Origin: Dimorphilus gyrociliatus | Lineage: Eukaryota; Animalia; Annelida | DNA: 64,000 bases | Direction of reading: 5' to 3' | Assembly (NCBI GenBank): GCA_904063045.1 | Contig: CAJFCJ010000031.1 | Coordinates: forward strand, 219,105-283,104 | In this document: piece after piece, positions 34,882 through 47,739 of the stretch | How positions within the stretch are numbered: the stretch's first letter is position 1 | Layout of the letters: the number at the start of each line of letters is the position of its first letter | Notes under the pieces: model-generated | The model's input: only the letters and a program-made list of their open reading frames with translations | The model's database searches: none | What the model was told of the DNA's origin: nothing | Translations under genes and position numbers: made by a program

Positions 34882-36376
34882 TTAGACAAGAATTGGTTTA
34901 GCTTGAGCAATACTGTTGCACCATACGTAAGTGCGATTGCCGACCATAAAAGTTGCGTCGTAATCAAACCCATTAATGTAGTCTCCGTTGATTCCATTGA
35001 GCTTAATCTCAGTATTTTCAGATTGGAAATACATTGGAGGTAGAACGCTAAATATTTCATTGATACGTTTTGTTGTATATTGGTTGCAATTTTCTAATAT
35101 GATATCGAAAATAGGTATCTTTTTAGCAAAGACAACGTCAAAATTTAATCTTTGAAAGAATGGCTGATTTTGCAAACTGTAAATATCGTGAAGCCTTCGC
35201 CTGCTATCTTTTTCTAACAGATTTTTAACAATATGTTTAGCTTCATTAGAATAATTTCCGTAAAACGGTAATTCGTATGTACTTTGTGAACACATTTTGG
35301 CCATTTCAAAATGATCTTTTCCAGGTTTCACTGGAAAATGACCGGCCAATAGAGAATACATAAGAATACCTAATGACCACCAATCAGCTGAATGCGTATA
35401 AGTTTGCATAGCTAATACCTCGGGTGCTATGTATTGTAACGTTCCACAAATTGTTCTTGTTCTTTCTCCAATTGACAAGCATTTAGATAGACCAAAATCA
35501 GTAATAGAGATGTGGCCTAACTCATCCAGTAAAATATTCTCCATCTGTAATCAATATAATATTATTTACATAAGCGAAAAAAGGTCATAGTCTGTTTACC
35601 TTCAAATCTCGATAAATAATACCATTTTTGTGTAGGAAATCTGCAAGTTATTTAGTAAAGTTAAATAACTAAGTGAAAAATTGAGCCTAAATAGAAAGAT
35701 AAAAAAAAACCAACCAAGTCCTAGAGCTATTTCGGCTATATAAACTCTTGTTAGATTCTCGCTAAAACGATCACTCTGTTTCCATAAAGCAAAAAGATCA
35801 CCATTAGGCTTATATTCCATAACTAAAAGAAAAACAACAATTATATTAGTAAATTTTAGTATATCTAGAATAAAAAAAGACCTACGAATGTTTAAGTTGT
35901 CCATGTCTTGGAAAAAAGAAAAAGCTTTAACAATAAATGGATGTTTACTAAAGGAACTTTGAATTGATGCCTCATCTTTAACCCTCTTTTTAGCTCCCAA
36001 CTCGCTTATTGTCGATTTTTGCATTACTTTTAAAACTAATACTTTGTTATCAGTCTTTCTGTGAACTTTGAAAACATTTCCATAGGCTCCCTTGGCTATA
36101 ATAGTTTCAATAACAAAGTCTCTCAGAACGTCATATGCACCTGAACAGTATTCAGGTAAAAAGTCTGATTCCTTATTCTTAGGGTTTGGAGATGATGGGG
36201 ATTTTAAATTTTCTAACGATTGAGCTCTCTTTCGTTTACTAAACTTGGACGATGTTGGGAAATCCTGTTGTACAAAAACATAGCGAAGTTAGGGTTCTGC
36301 ACGAAAAATATACTTAACTAACCTGATCAGGTAGAGATGCAAAGTTTTTGTGGAGTTTTGGTTGAGTGTTCCCCAT
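34882..36376 (-). CDS. STK32: STK32/YANK-family AGC serine/threonine kinase, N-myristoylated, 414 aa. Five exons on the minus strand: 36376-36323, 36264-35886, 35822-35715, 35640-35600, 35544-34882.
   Basis: The spliced product starts [18 protein letters not shown] (MGNxxS/T myristoylation signal, like human STK32A MGANTS). It has a glycine loop AKGAYGNVF, lysine VLVLKV, and [13 protein letters not shown]...[10 protein letters not shown]. The catalytic loop is [28 protein letters not shown] (STK32A has [28 protein letters not shown]). Also [12 protein letters not shown] matches AVDWWSLGVTAY, and the AGC tail [20 protein letters not shown] matches [21 protein letters not shown]. All splice junctions are GT-AG with consistent phases. 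Confidence 0.75.
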
Positions 36377-37372
36377 ATTTATTATTTTTATATAATATTA
36401 TACGACATTGTTCATATATATATATCCATTTTCATAGAGATTCTTCTAGTAAACACATTTACGAGGTATAGGTAGCGCTAACTCCCAAAGTCTTATTGAA
36501 TCTCTTGAAAATTACCTATTTTACTTAAAAAACTACATTCTAAAATACAAAAAATTTGTTTAGTAATAATTTTTTTACTAATATTTATGTTATGAAAATA
36601 ATTTTTTTTTCAAAAAAGGTACTCATTGACAAGAAAAATTTCATTGATATTTTAGTTCAAGTTAATATACAGAGCACTCTAGCTAAAAATTATAAATAAA
36701 AAAATTTTTTTTCCATTGAAAAGCAAGTTAATTTTAATTTCATAAAAGATAATTTACTTCAGTAATCTAGTGTGACCCTGGTACAAAAAGACGGCCGAAC
36801 TATTTCTTGGGCTTTTAAAGTATTCTACATCGACCTATTCTTTTTCTCAACTGGTAAGTATTTTTATGTCGTATTTAAAAAGGGTGAATTAATATCCCTT
36901 CGATATAAACGGGGAATTTTTCCGATAAACGGCCGTCTTGGAAGGAAACTGTTTGAAAGTAAAAGAAGCGCCAAAATATAGAAGCAATTCATTGATACGA
37001 ATTATCTACATTTTAGCAAACTTGAGTTTTTGTTACAAAATTCGTTTGATTAGATATTTAGATAAGTATGTGTTTATTGGTAGAGCATATATTTGTTTAA
37101 GGAACATTTCATAAAATAATAAAAATTTTTAATGAGCGATAAAGCAGTTATAAGGCATAAATTAGAGAGGTTCGCTGATGTAGTTTGCTGCAGCATGGCT
37201 GCTTTGTTTCGGAGACAAGATCCATGTTTAAAATTCGTCTGCTATCCTACATATTATTGCAGACATATTTAACGATATTGTTCGCTTTTCTTTAAATTAA
37301 AGCCGATCGGATTGCCATTTCGTCAAATTGACTTATCCTGGGGCACCGTAGAGGCGATCAGAAAGAGAAAAC
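36377..37372. promoter_or_regulatory. A ~1 kb divergent promoter interval between STK32 (minus, ATG 36376) and the BAZ-like gene (plus, ATG 37373). It contains a 10-bp perfect inverted repeat AAGACGGCCG (36788-36797) ... CGGCCGTCTT (36930-36939).
   Basis: Direct reading of the sequence. The repeat arms are 132 bp apart and are the GC-richest elements in an otherwise AT-rich spacer. Confidence 0.35.
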
Positions 37373-40300
37373 ATGAAGAAATCAAATCATGTAATGATCG
37401 ACTCGGATAGCGATGATGAACCCTTGGCAAAAAAGGCTACTTTATCTGAATCAGAAAGGCAAGCTCTCAAAGCCAAGGATGAAGCATTATCCAACGTCAA
37501 GAGAAGGGAATCAGCATCTCCATCGAAAAGAAAGCGAAAAAAGCTAAAGCAGGTTTGATTTCATTGCATAAATATTAATGATTTAAACAATGGATAACTT
37601 GAGACAATAAATGTGATAATACTGATTTTTAGACAAAACTCTTCGATATGCTCCCGAAAGGGAATGCATCAAGGCCTCGAAGAAGTACACAGTCGCCCCA
37701 AAAAAAGCCATCAAGCACCTCACCTAGGAAATCACTTACAAAATCCGTAAGTAAAATTAATATACAATATATCTATTCATAAGAGAAAATTTTTCTTAAG
37801 ACACCGAAAACTGTACCTATACCAAAACCCAGTCTCATTAACATCGAGTCAGAGAGTGGTGTATGCGATTTCGAATTTGCCGATGTATGCCTTATAACGG
37901 AATTTTATTCGTCATTTTATTCCATTTTGGGGAATTTTGAAAAACCTCTTACTATTGTACGACTGTCGCCATGTAAGTTTTCAATAATATTTATTATTTC
38001 TCGGGATTTTTTTTTAATAACTGTTTGCAAATGCAAGAATTGACAATATTTTCTTTCAAAAAAGTTGATCTTCTTGCTGGCCTGTGCGATAAGAAAGCCG
38101 TATATAATTGCGTAAATGATGTGTTGGCTGGTTTTGTAGGTTCCTTGTTACTTTGGAGATATAAAAAGGTTCGTTAAGTTCATCATTGTGATGAAACGAT
38201 CAATTAATTAAAAAATCACTTTTCAACAGAGAATACAGTTTCTTAATAAGCCTCTTTACGAATTTGAAATAAATAAATATAACGTTGAGCAAGCACTGCG
38301 TTTAATTATCATTTATGAAAGAAATAGAACCGCTAATTCAGTGGATGATGAACCTAGTTTTATTGCGCAATGTTTATCTGTAAGTGATCGCTAGCCTATT
38401 CAGTATATAATTTTACTTTGAAAATATATTTATTATACATTTTTCTTTAAAAAAAGGTCGAAGAAATAGCACAGTATTTGGATAATGTTCAATTTCGAGA
38501 ATTATGTGCGTCGTCTCAACTTTCGCTTCTTTTAGCCATGCATCAGCAATTGGTTGATAGCGATTTTTTAGCAGTAAGTCTTAATTATAGTAAAAGGATT
38601 AGGTTGACTTAATTAACCTATTTTTATGTGCATATCTCCAACAATTTTAAGCCGTTTTCTTTCCAAAGCTACAAATTGATCAGAAACAACTAAACGTATA
38701 TCAATTATGGAAAGATCGTCAACTCGCTATTAAACAACGTAAGGAGGACAAGAAAAAAGATCTAGAGGAATTGAAAAGTAGCTCCCGTAAGATAAATTTA
38801 TTAATTATAAGGTTGTTTTTAATAATTTATATCACTAATTTGCATAGATATGATGAAATATTTGGATAGAAACGCTAATGCTGATAAAGCGGAGACAACA
38901 GAGAGTCCAGAAAAGATAAAGTATGCTATATTTTTACGTTATAAGAAATATAAGATTATAATAATCCTGTAAATACATATTTTCTTTAAAAAATAGAGAC
39001 CGTATGAAAGAAAAGAAAAATAATGATAAAAAGGAAGAAGAAGACTTCAAAAAGAATATAACGGTTAGTTAATTTTAAAAATTTCATTTGTAAACCAACA
39101 CTATAATATATATGTATTTATGTATATATATATATACTGCAGATGGCTGAGTATATTGCCAAAGTGACCCTAAGATCATCACCTTTGGGCGAAGACCGAG
39201 ATTACAATAGATATTGGTATCTTTCTTGCTGTCCATCGCATGTTTTCGTTGAAATTTCAAACGACTCTGAACGTAAAATATGGAAGGAAATCGAACAACA
39301 TTCGAACAAGAAGAAGAAGTATATTTTTCTTTCATTTATTATCTATTTTGCTAATAATGTGTTAAAATATTTTTTTAGCGCTCCTCGTGCCCCTCCTCCA
39401 GACGATCCACGGTTACGGAATAGGGCTTGGGCCTATTATAATGACATTAAAACGTTGAAACTAGTGAAATTGGCCTTAAATGCAAGAACAGAAAGGGAAA
39501 AAAATTTGCGGCATAATTTTATAGCTATTTTTAATGACATCAATAAAACCATTACTGAGTAAGTTTTCTTCTATAAAATAATCTGCATATTTTTTCATCA
39601 CTAACAACTACTATTATTGCTATCCAGGGAAGCCGCTGCGATCAAAGAGAGAGAGAAGAAGGAAAAGGAGACGACAAAGGAGAGGGAGAAGGAGAAGGAG
39701 AAAGAGAATGAAAATGAGAAGGAGAATGAGAATGACAACGATAATGAGAACGAGAATGAGAATGAGAGTAAGAATGAAATTAAAAATGAAATTAAAAATG
39801 AAATTAAAAATGAAAATGAGCATGAGAGTGAGAATGCGACCGAAAGTGAGACTGGTTGCGTAGAAATGGAAAATGATAAGAAAGATGAAGCTGTGGAAGG
39901 GCTTTCCGACTCTTTAAAGCGAATCATGTATGAAATGAGTGAAAAAGTAACTGCTTCTGCCCTGGGAGGAGTAGGGTTTCGAAAAGAGGAATTTATGAAA
40001 TTGGAAAACTTGAAGGATTTGGTAAGACAACCTACTTCAAATGCATTCAATACCTAAATAACTAACAAATATGTCTTTTTTATTAAAGCAATCAAACCTA
40101 GTTTTGCTGAAGGAACAAGTTTACAATAGATTTTTTAAGCCATATTTTCGGTTTTCAGGTAAGAGAATAGCTATTGTTATTGTTACTATTATAACAAATA
40201 TTTAAAAACACCCAGGCGAAGAGGATAATGAAAATGAGAGTGTTCAGATGTGGATGGAGGCTGTAGCTGAGTGTAACTGCTTGCCTGAGTTACATTTACT

Positions 40301-42155
40301 TTTTAACTACCTTTACGACTCTGTTGATTGGTCCAAATCAAACGAAAATTCGGTACTCAATAATTTTATACAAATAATTAAATTAGCGAAATTATTTGTT
40401 AAAACATTTGTTTATCAAAAAAATTTTAGAAATGTAAAGTTTGTCGCAAAGGTGGAGAAGTGATATTATGTGACAAATGTAATGCTGCCTTTCATCTGAC
40501 CTGCTTAAGACCGGCGTTATTTTCCATTCCAGCGGGAGAATGGTTTTGTACTTCCTGCAATGTAAGTAATTTAAGGAAAAAGAAAACAATAACGCATCTA
40601 CGTATCTTTTTATAGCCACAAAATAACGAAAAAAGATCTCGACGGCCCAGGTATGCAGAGGATGATGAGGAAAATGGACTAAATAATGACGATTATTTAT
40701 TTAGGTCTATGAGACCAAGAGTAAGTTCTAAAATAGAAAAAAAGAATCATATGATAGATTTAACTTTTAAACTTGTTTTTATTAGCGATCCACTGTAACT
40801 TGTTGTATATGCGGATCAAGTGAACGACCTGTAAATAAATGCATGAGCTGCAATGCCAGTCTACACTATTGGTGTAATGATCCACCTTTTGAGAGCGAAA
40901 TGTCTTTCCAGAAACAATATGGTTGTATGTTATGCAATGGTAGATCCAGACGCTCTCTTCGATCTAACAGAACTTTAAATGGAAAAGTTGAAATGACCGA
41001 AGAAGACAAGACCAAGTTTGAAAAGGAAGCCAGAGCTGATAGAGCTGCGAGGAGAGCTGCACTTAAAACAAACGTCTTACCTTCAAGTGATGATGATATG
41101 GGTGATGATGAAAAATTAGAGGACGGGGAACCTTATGTAAAAATTTCTCGAAGGCGAACGTCATCGGCTTCATCCGCTTCATCAACAGCTAGTTATCATC
41201 TTGTTGATCATTCCTATCCATCGGGAAGAAAAAAGAGAAATCGTTCTCGACAACCCCTATATGCCAACAATTACGAATCTTCTGATTCAAATAGTGAATA
41301 TCCGGAAGATCCTTTAAAAGTAAAAATGAGCCTAAGAAAGAAACAGCGGCCGCTATATATGGAAACAGATTATTCCTGTGATACGGAGGAAGATGCATTT
41401 TCTAGGGATTTAAACGATACAAATAATCAATATACCACAGAAATTATTGTTGATGAAAGTTCTTTAACTGATCAAGTACCAACTCATAATAATAGAAATA
41501 CTATCATGCTAGATGGGAAGACTCAGGTTACTATTATTTCGCCTAAAAAGGAACGAGCAAAGCCAAAACCAAGAGTAGCTGACGAACAAGCAAAATTAAA
41601 GGTATCATAACAAAAACTAAAAATCGTCTAATTTTAAGTTAAACGTTTCCATTATTTTAAAATATTAGGAAATGATTGGCTTATTAGCAAGAACTGGACG
41701 ACAAAAGTGTGCTTGGCCATTTATCGACCCTGTTCGAAAAGAAGACGTTCCTGATTATTATGACGTGATAACGAAGCCCGTTGATTTGTCAACGCTCCGT
41801 AAGAAGATTGAGACTCATCAGCTTAAATCTGTGAATGATGTAGCTGCTGACGTCGCCCAGATGTTTGATAATGCTGAATTTTACAATGCTGTAAGTAATT
41901 AGTTTACTATAGAAATTATAATATACATTATTATTGAACGAATAGGTTGGAGATATTGTGTATAATTGCGTTGAGCCTGTTGAAAAATTCTTCGCCAAGC
42001 ATTTCAAGGTTATGTTCCCAAACGATATCTACAGACGAGAAAGACGCTATAAGGAAACCGAAAAGGCAACAAATGGAGATACTGAAGAAGCTGTTGTCCC
42101 GCAGGAGACAAGTATACTCGTCAATGGTGATAATCAGACGTCGATTGAATCCTAA
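37373..42155 (+). CDS. BAZ/ACF1-type chromatin-remodelling subunit with DDT, WHIM1, WSD, PHD, a second Zn finger and a C-terminal bromodomain. Exons resolved: 37373-37552, 37633-37746, 37801-37972, 38065-38168, 38230-38379, 38457-38573, then unresolved small Lys-rich exons in 38574-39142, 39143-39318, 39379-39558, 39628-40021, 40248-40352, 40430-40561, 40616-40720, ~40786-41601, 41669-41890, 41946-42155 (stop).
   Basis: The DDT-like block is [49 protein letters not shown]1 is [20 protein letters not shown]. The WSD has [15 protein letters not shown]. The PHD is [44 protein letters not shown], and the second zinc finger is [26 protein letters not shown]. The bromodomain is [59 protein letters not shown]...[15 protein letters not shown]. 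The transition 40021 to 40248 was chosen for phase consistency, and one coordinate anchor near 40843 differs by 1 nt from the ORF track. Confidence 0.8.
39640..39830 (+). repeat. In-frame coding tandem repeats inside a BAZ-like exon. There is a degenerate (GAGAAG/GAGAAT)n followed by three perfect copies of a 12-bp unit AATGAAATTAAA.
   Basis: The sequence encodes [62 protein letters not shown]. The antisense ORF-track ORFs at 39601-40050 and 39620-39823 are low-complexity artefacts of this repeat. Confidence 0.85.
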
Positions 42156-43977
42156 TAATCTAACTATGTTAGATTATTAAATAAATAAAAAATATGGAGA
42201 AACAGAAAGTTCACCCTCAAAGAAAAAAACAACTGCAACCTTTTCTTTTGATATTCATCGTCACTGCCGTCCAGTAAACAGGAAGAAAGAAACAAAAAAA
42301 CAAAGTTGCAAATGGGTCCCGAAATAATCTTAAAACATTTTTTCCTAAACGAAAAAAACATCCGCCCTTTCATCCTTTTTTTCCTAACATTTAGGTTATT
42401 TAAAAAAAAAAGGGGAAAAAAAAACAAAACCAATAATCTGAAATAATTTTAAATCTTATTGCTCAAGAAGAAAATTTTATTAAACATTTTTTATACTTTT
42501 AGAAAGAAATATTGTTTTGTTTTTTTTTTTAATGTGAGAAGTTTTTTCTTATTTCATTTTATTATAATCGCATATATATGTATATATATATATATATATA
42601 TTTGTATTGTTTTATTCACCCATTTACTTGAAATTATTTTTGTTTCTTTTTTCTTTTTTTGTAAAAAAAAAAAGGGAAAGATAAAGTTGCCATATTCTTT
42701 GCTCTAGCCCTTTTGTTTATGTTTTTCCCTATATATACAAATATTCATTTCATGGGTAAACACTGACATCTATAGTATGACAACAACAGCAGTAGTAGCA
42801 ACATGTCTGTTTCTCTTTATCTCTTTTTCCATGTATATGTATATTTAAAGTATATGTATTTATTTTTATATATCTGAACATATCATGTGTATTCATTAGT
42901 CTTTAAATCGTGTTTTTATGGTGTTTTGTACTATTCTATGTTGTTTTAATCTGATATAGGTGTACATCGAAAATAAATACAATAAAGGAATATACATGTA
43001 TATACTGTATATGTCATATATTACTACTTATATATATAAATATATATCTATATATATATATACGTATAATATTGCATTTATACAAAATAGATGGACGCGT
43101 GCACTTTCTATTTATACTTTATAAACCTATACCCATATAGAATTTGTATAATAGTGTTTGAAGTGAAAAAAACATAAAATTTCCAGATTGAAAAACAATA
43201 GAAATCTATAATTCCCAGGTTCACAATAGTGACCATATGTTTTCAAACCAAGTAGCTTAGAGGATACTAACGAAGGAGTATGTATACAGTAACAAAAAAA
43301 ATCGTCACGTCAGTTGCTACCTACCCCATAAGGGTAATAATGAAAAGAAGTTCTCATAGTCAGCCAGCCAGTTCTTCGACACCGAAGCGTAAGACTTTAT
43401 AATATTAAAAAAGGCGTAAATTCTACAAGTGTCATGTTTTTCAGAGTCTTCTGTAGTGAAAGGATCGTCGTCTTCTTTCATGTATTATTTCAAATTCATT
43501 ATTATATCTATTTTGGGCATTATCATGTTAAGAATTATGGGCTACCTTTGAAAAACACCCGTTTGTTTTAAAGTATATTTAAAGCATGACTTCGTAATAT
43601 ATAATAAAGTATTCCTATCTATTCTATGTGCGTTTCGGGTTAAAATATATTAAATGTGAAAGAATAGAGATATTTGTTCTTTTAACAATTTTATTTATAT
43701 GGTGACATCTTCATAATATATTCTCACAGGCAAGCACGATTATGAACATTTTAAAAAACAATATATATATACATATATATATATATATTAGGTAAAACAA
43801 GCTAAAAGAGAATATTTGCTTAAAAACAAGTTCAACTACTATTTACAAAAAACAAAGTGAACACGAATAAATGAAACAGCTAAAAGTGACATAATAATAT
43901 TCTAAAAACTGAAAAAAATATACAATAGACAGAGACACTTACCTGGATCTATAGAAAGACTACCGGTCTCCTTCTGT

Positions 43978-46900
43978 TTAATCCGCCTCTTCTTCATCCT
44001 CTTCTTCTGATTCGGCTTCTTCCAACCAAGTAAGCCACTGATTGACTTGAAACAGTGCCTGCCCTTTCCCCGGATATTCATCATTAACTTCCTCTTTCCA
44101 TTGGAAGAAAGCGTCCTCTTCCACAATTTCCTCGTTGTATAGTTGCATGAAAAGCCGTAATATTAAGCCTAATGACCGAAGAAATAATAAGCAAACAAAT
44201 AGATATGATTTATGGTTCATAAATGAAAAGGTGAAAGTATAGACTGGTGAATAAATAGAGTGGCATACAAATTCTCACCTTTGGGAAATGATTTTTCATA
44301 AGCGAATAGCTGAGTTGCGTATAAAGTAAATTTTTGTAGCTCAACATCATCTCCTATAAATCTTGATAGAACAGGTTTGAAGCTCGATAAAAGTGCCTTT
44401 TCGTCATCGCAATGTGACTTTTTGGACACTGCCGATTCGCAATCTATACCGTTAACAGTACTTGTTCTAGTCGTTACGTATTCCATAATACATTTGACGA
44501 GTACAGAAACAAATTTTGGTCTTTCTTCCTTAGAGATGTCTGTATTTTCCTCAACCCAGTCAGACAATGAATTAGGATCGTAATTTTCTTCTGTTAATTT
44601 CTTCTTTAAAGACCTTTCAAAAATCAGAAAGGGTACCAGAAAATCTAATTCCCTCTCTTGTAAAATGTCCACTAAATTAATATCGTCTGCACCTGATATA
44701 TTAAATAACCTTTAAAAAAGAACAAAACAATTATTTACACCTTATTACTAACCATTTAAAAGAAATTTAAAATCAAAATTAGAGGAATCAACAAAATTCT
44801 TCAACCAGGACTTATTCTTTAAATGAACCAAACATTGGAAGAGATTAAGAATAAATTGTTGACGAATTTGAGACGATTGCGTCATATCCGTAACATTTTT
44901 TAAAGTTAATACAGCATTATCGAGTATTAACAAATTTGCGCATAATAACGGCAATTTATAAAATTCGTTATTATTTTCATTCTCTTCTAATTTAGCCAAA
45001 GTAACTTTTAAAGCATTTTGTAGAGGATCTGAGGTTAAAAAACTTGAATTCATCAAAAATACCACTACAGATATAAGCAATTCTTCTCTATCTTCCTGTA
45101 GTATTATCTTTACATTCTGTTTTGCAATTGTTGCCAAACATAAGTTGATAATTAGCTCATCTAGAAATTTCTTTAAGCATTTATTATCGTTAATAAGTTT
45201 TTCGATTTCAGCAAATTTATCATCATTCACAGCTGTGAATATTGAACGAATTGTTTCGGTAACTTGTTGTTTATTAGTGACTTTTTTAACTGTTTGACGT
45301 ATTGTTATAGTTCCTTGCTTATGGATCATGGGGGCAGTTGGTGTAGTTTCAGTCTTCTCCGAACTGGATGGCTCTTGAGCAGATTTTGGTAAAGCGGTAG
45401 GACCAGCAGGCTTAAGGACGTTAAAAACACGCCCAGATGGCCTTAATGAGACAGTATCCTTACCATTTTGAAGAGAACCGTTAGATTCTTCATCATCTCC
45501 GTTCGAGATACGCTGCTGGTATCTAGAACCCATATTTCGATTGTTTTTCAACTGATTATTATACATTCTATTGTTCATACGGTGATTATTTCTCGAATCA
45601 TCAAACATCTCTGAAAAATAGAACAAAATATTGATAGCATTGTACATCCCATTCAAATAACTTACGTTTTGATATAATTGACTCGTTAGAAATAATTCCC
45701 GCATCGGAATATAAACTGAAATTTGACAAGCTATTCGGGCCAGAATTATGAAAAAGATCATTAATTTTCTTGGCACGCTCCTGCTGAAGTCTTGCTTGAC
45801 ACGAAACCAAGTTTATGGGCGTGCTTGAATTATGTAAAGAATATGAGCTATTCGAAATAAAGAGGCCATCTCGAGCAGCTTCTTCCCGAACTTGAACTAT
45901 AGTCCTAGGTCCATTATCCCTATAGGACTCCCTTGGAATCCAATGATGAGAACGCAATTCAACTATATCCTGTAGTAAAAATCTAACTCTGGGTGGTAAT
46001 TCTTTGCTCTTCATAAACATTTCGATTCTATCGAAATACTGATTCATCCATTGCTAATTTTTAAGGGGGAAAAAAACATAAAATGACTCATTAAAATGAT
46101 TGATTATAGTAGTAACAAAAAAAAATCAAAAGCTTTTTACTTTTGCAGGTTTCGTATCGAGGCGACGGCCAACAGTTTTCATAATTTGACATAAACATTC
46201 TAAGTCTTCTACCATATCATTAACGTTACTACTCTTTTTCTTCTCCAACAATTGCTTGATGCATTTATGCAGTACGCCTTCGTGAACCATATCCAACTTA
46301 CCGAGTTCGCATATAAATTTGATATTTCCGAGCATTTTACGCTTCGCAATATGCAACTCCTCCATCTCCTCATCAGTGAGAATCGCTCCTCCTTTCTCCA
46401 ATCTTTCTGTATCCTTTCTTCTATTTTCAAATTCATCTTGGCACTTATTTAATAGTAAACGTTTGAACGTCTAAAAGTGGAGAGAATGAGAGAATTGATA
46501 AAATAGCACGCATAAAAGAGAGTTTCTATTGTAAAAACAAACATTTGAAGAAGAATTTGGCGGATCAAAATTTGGTGCCTCCTTTGATAATCTGTTACAC
46601 AATTGTGCATAAAGAGAGCTATATTTCGGTTCTTCCAATGCCTTTTCAAATATCTATGGGAGCACGTAGAAGAGAAAGAAATTTTAAATTAGTCTTTGCT
46701 TGAAACAAGGTCAAAGTAGATTTCTAAAGCGGGTACTAATAAAATACTATACATATATTATACAGTATATATTTATAAACATGTACTATATATAATCTAT
46801 ATAAGAGGGAAAGAAAGGTGAGATATGTATTTAAAAAAAAGACTTTTTTGTAAGATACGTACGAGTAAGATTATTCCAGCTAAGATGGTTTGGGAATCGA

Positions 46901-47100
46901 TGCCAACATGCAACAACTCGAAGCTTAGCTTGTCAAATTTCTGCGGCGTAAGCTTGTTGAGAATGCTGTTACGTGCATGTATTAGTAATAATGACTATTA
47001 TCTAAGCAAATTACGTAAAGTTCTTAATAACTACTTACCCACGGACTTTTCGAAAAATAAAATCATGAAGTTCATGTTGCAAAGGGGATAGTGATTCTCG
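43978..47100 (-). CDS. EIF4G: eIF4G-family translation initiation factor with MIF4G, MA3 and W2 domains. 3' exons on the minus strand: 44168-43978 (W2, stop), ~44692-44282, ~45635-44750 (MA3), ~46047-45675, ~46401-46140 (MIF4G C-terminal half), ~46648-46536, ~46975-46870. The 5' limit and any N-terminal extension are unresolved.
   Basis: The MIF4G region reads HDFIFRKVRGILNKLTPQKFDKLSFELLHVGIDSQTILAGIILL|IFEKALEEPKYSSLYAQLCNRLSKEAPNF...TFKRLLLNKCQDEFENRR...EELHIAKRKMLGNIKFICELGKL. Human eIF4G1 has FRRVRSILNKLTPQMFQQL...[27 protein letters not shown]...FRKLLLNRCQKEFEK...RRRSLGNIKFIGELFKL. FLLQDIVELRSHHWIPRE matches FMLQDVLDLRGSNWVPRR. The MA3 block is FDDSRNNH...LINLCLATIAKQN. The W2 has EEIVEEDAFFQWKEEVNDEYPGKGQALFQVNQWLTWLEEAESEEEDEEEAD*. 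No eIF4E-binding YxxxxLphi motif was found in the exons resolved. Confidence 0.8.
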
Positions 47101-47729
47101 AAATATGCTGCTTGGTGGAACCCAGCGCTTATTCCAAAAGGCCTGGGGTTGAGAAAAGGGGGCAGATTGCTCCTCCCTTGTAGCAATATTAAATATAGAA
47201 TTAAATTAAATGTCAGATTTCTTAAAGAAAATGCTAAAAACCTGTCGGCAGCACGACGAGATGCACGCCCCAGTTGATGCACAGAGTCCAGTATTAGTCA
47301 AGTAATAAAAGAACGGGATTGTAGAAAAGGTTACGATGCAAAATATACCCCGATTAAGATTTTTATCCTGTGTCTAAAATTTAAAAAATAAGACTGCCAT
47401 TTAGTCTGCATTTGTTTACATTAACGACATTACTAATTAAGATATTGCGGCATATATTTTTTGATTAGATAATAATACGATAAAATTCATCATTTCTATA
47501 TCGAATAGGAAAGTTACTAAAGACATATAAAGAACAATTTACCTCTCAGTTCGTCGTCTGCGGCTTAAAAAAACGTTTTTATTGTGAATTAGAAAGGAAA
47601 TATGGAGACGGTATGGTTCCAGTTATGACGAAGAACGAACAGGTAAACGTTTAAATGGACGACTTGTTTACGGAGTAGGCGGCCATATTTAAAATATATC
47701 CACTCCTCGTCTCTTTATAGACTCTCAAA

Positions 47730-47739
47730 GCGCATGCGC
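47730..47739. promoter_or_regulatory. GCGCATGCGC palindrome (NRF1-type site) in the intergenic region between the eIF4G-like 5' end and PLK1.
   Basis: Exact string ...CAAAGCGCATGCGCAAAGTGCGG... A GGCGGCCATATTTAAAATATA element lies ~60 bp upstream at 47667-47690. Confidence 0.4.

Noticed and set aside
39601-40050. Two minus-strand ORF-track ORFs (149 aa at 39601-40050; 67 aa at 39620-39823) encoding Ser/Phe/Leu-rich low-complexity protein.
   Set aside because: They are the reverse complement of the in-frame GAGAAT/GAGAAG coding repeat of the plus-strand BAZ-like exon. The composition is purely repeat-driven and there are no splice or start context signals.
40161-40166. An acceptor immediately followed by a donor (TTTTCAG|GTAAGA) in the BAZ-like gene, considered as a zero-length/recursive splice site bridging 40021 to 40216.
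   Set aside because: Using the downstream acceptor GTGTTCAG at 40247 gives a phase-consistent junction (…LKDL|MWMEAVAEC…) without invoking a recursive site. The CCCAG acceptor at 40215 would need phase 1 and does not fit.
47031-47282. An 83-aa minus-strand ORF (MHQLGRASRRAAD...) upstream of the eIF4G-like gene, initially considered as its N-terminus.
   Set aside because: The leading 'M' in the track is a GTG codon. The frame differs from the MIF4G exon frame, and there is no similarity to eIF4G N-termini. Only the 3' part of this region, in another frame, joins the gene.
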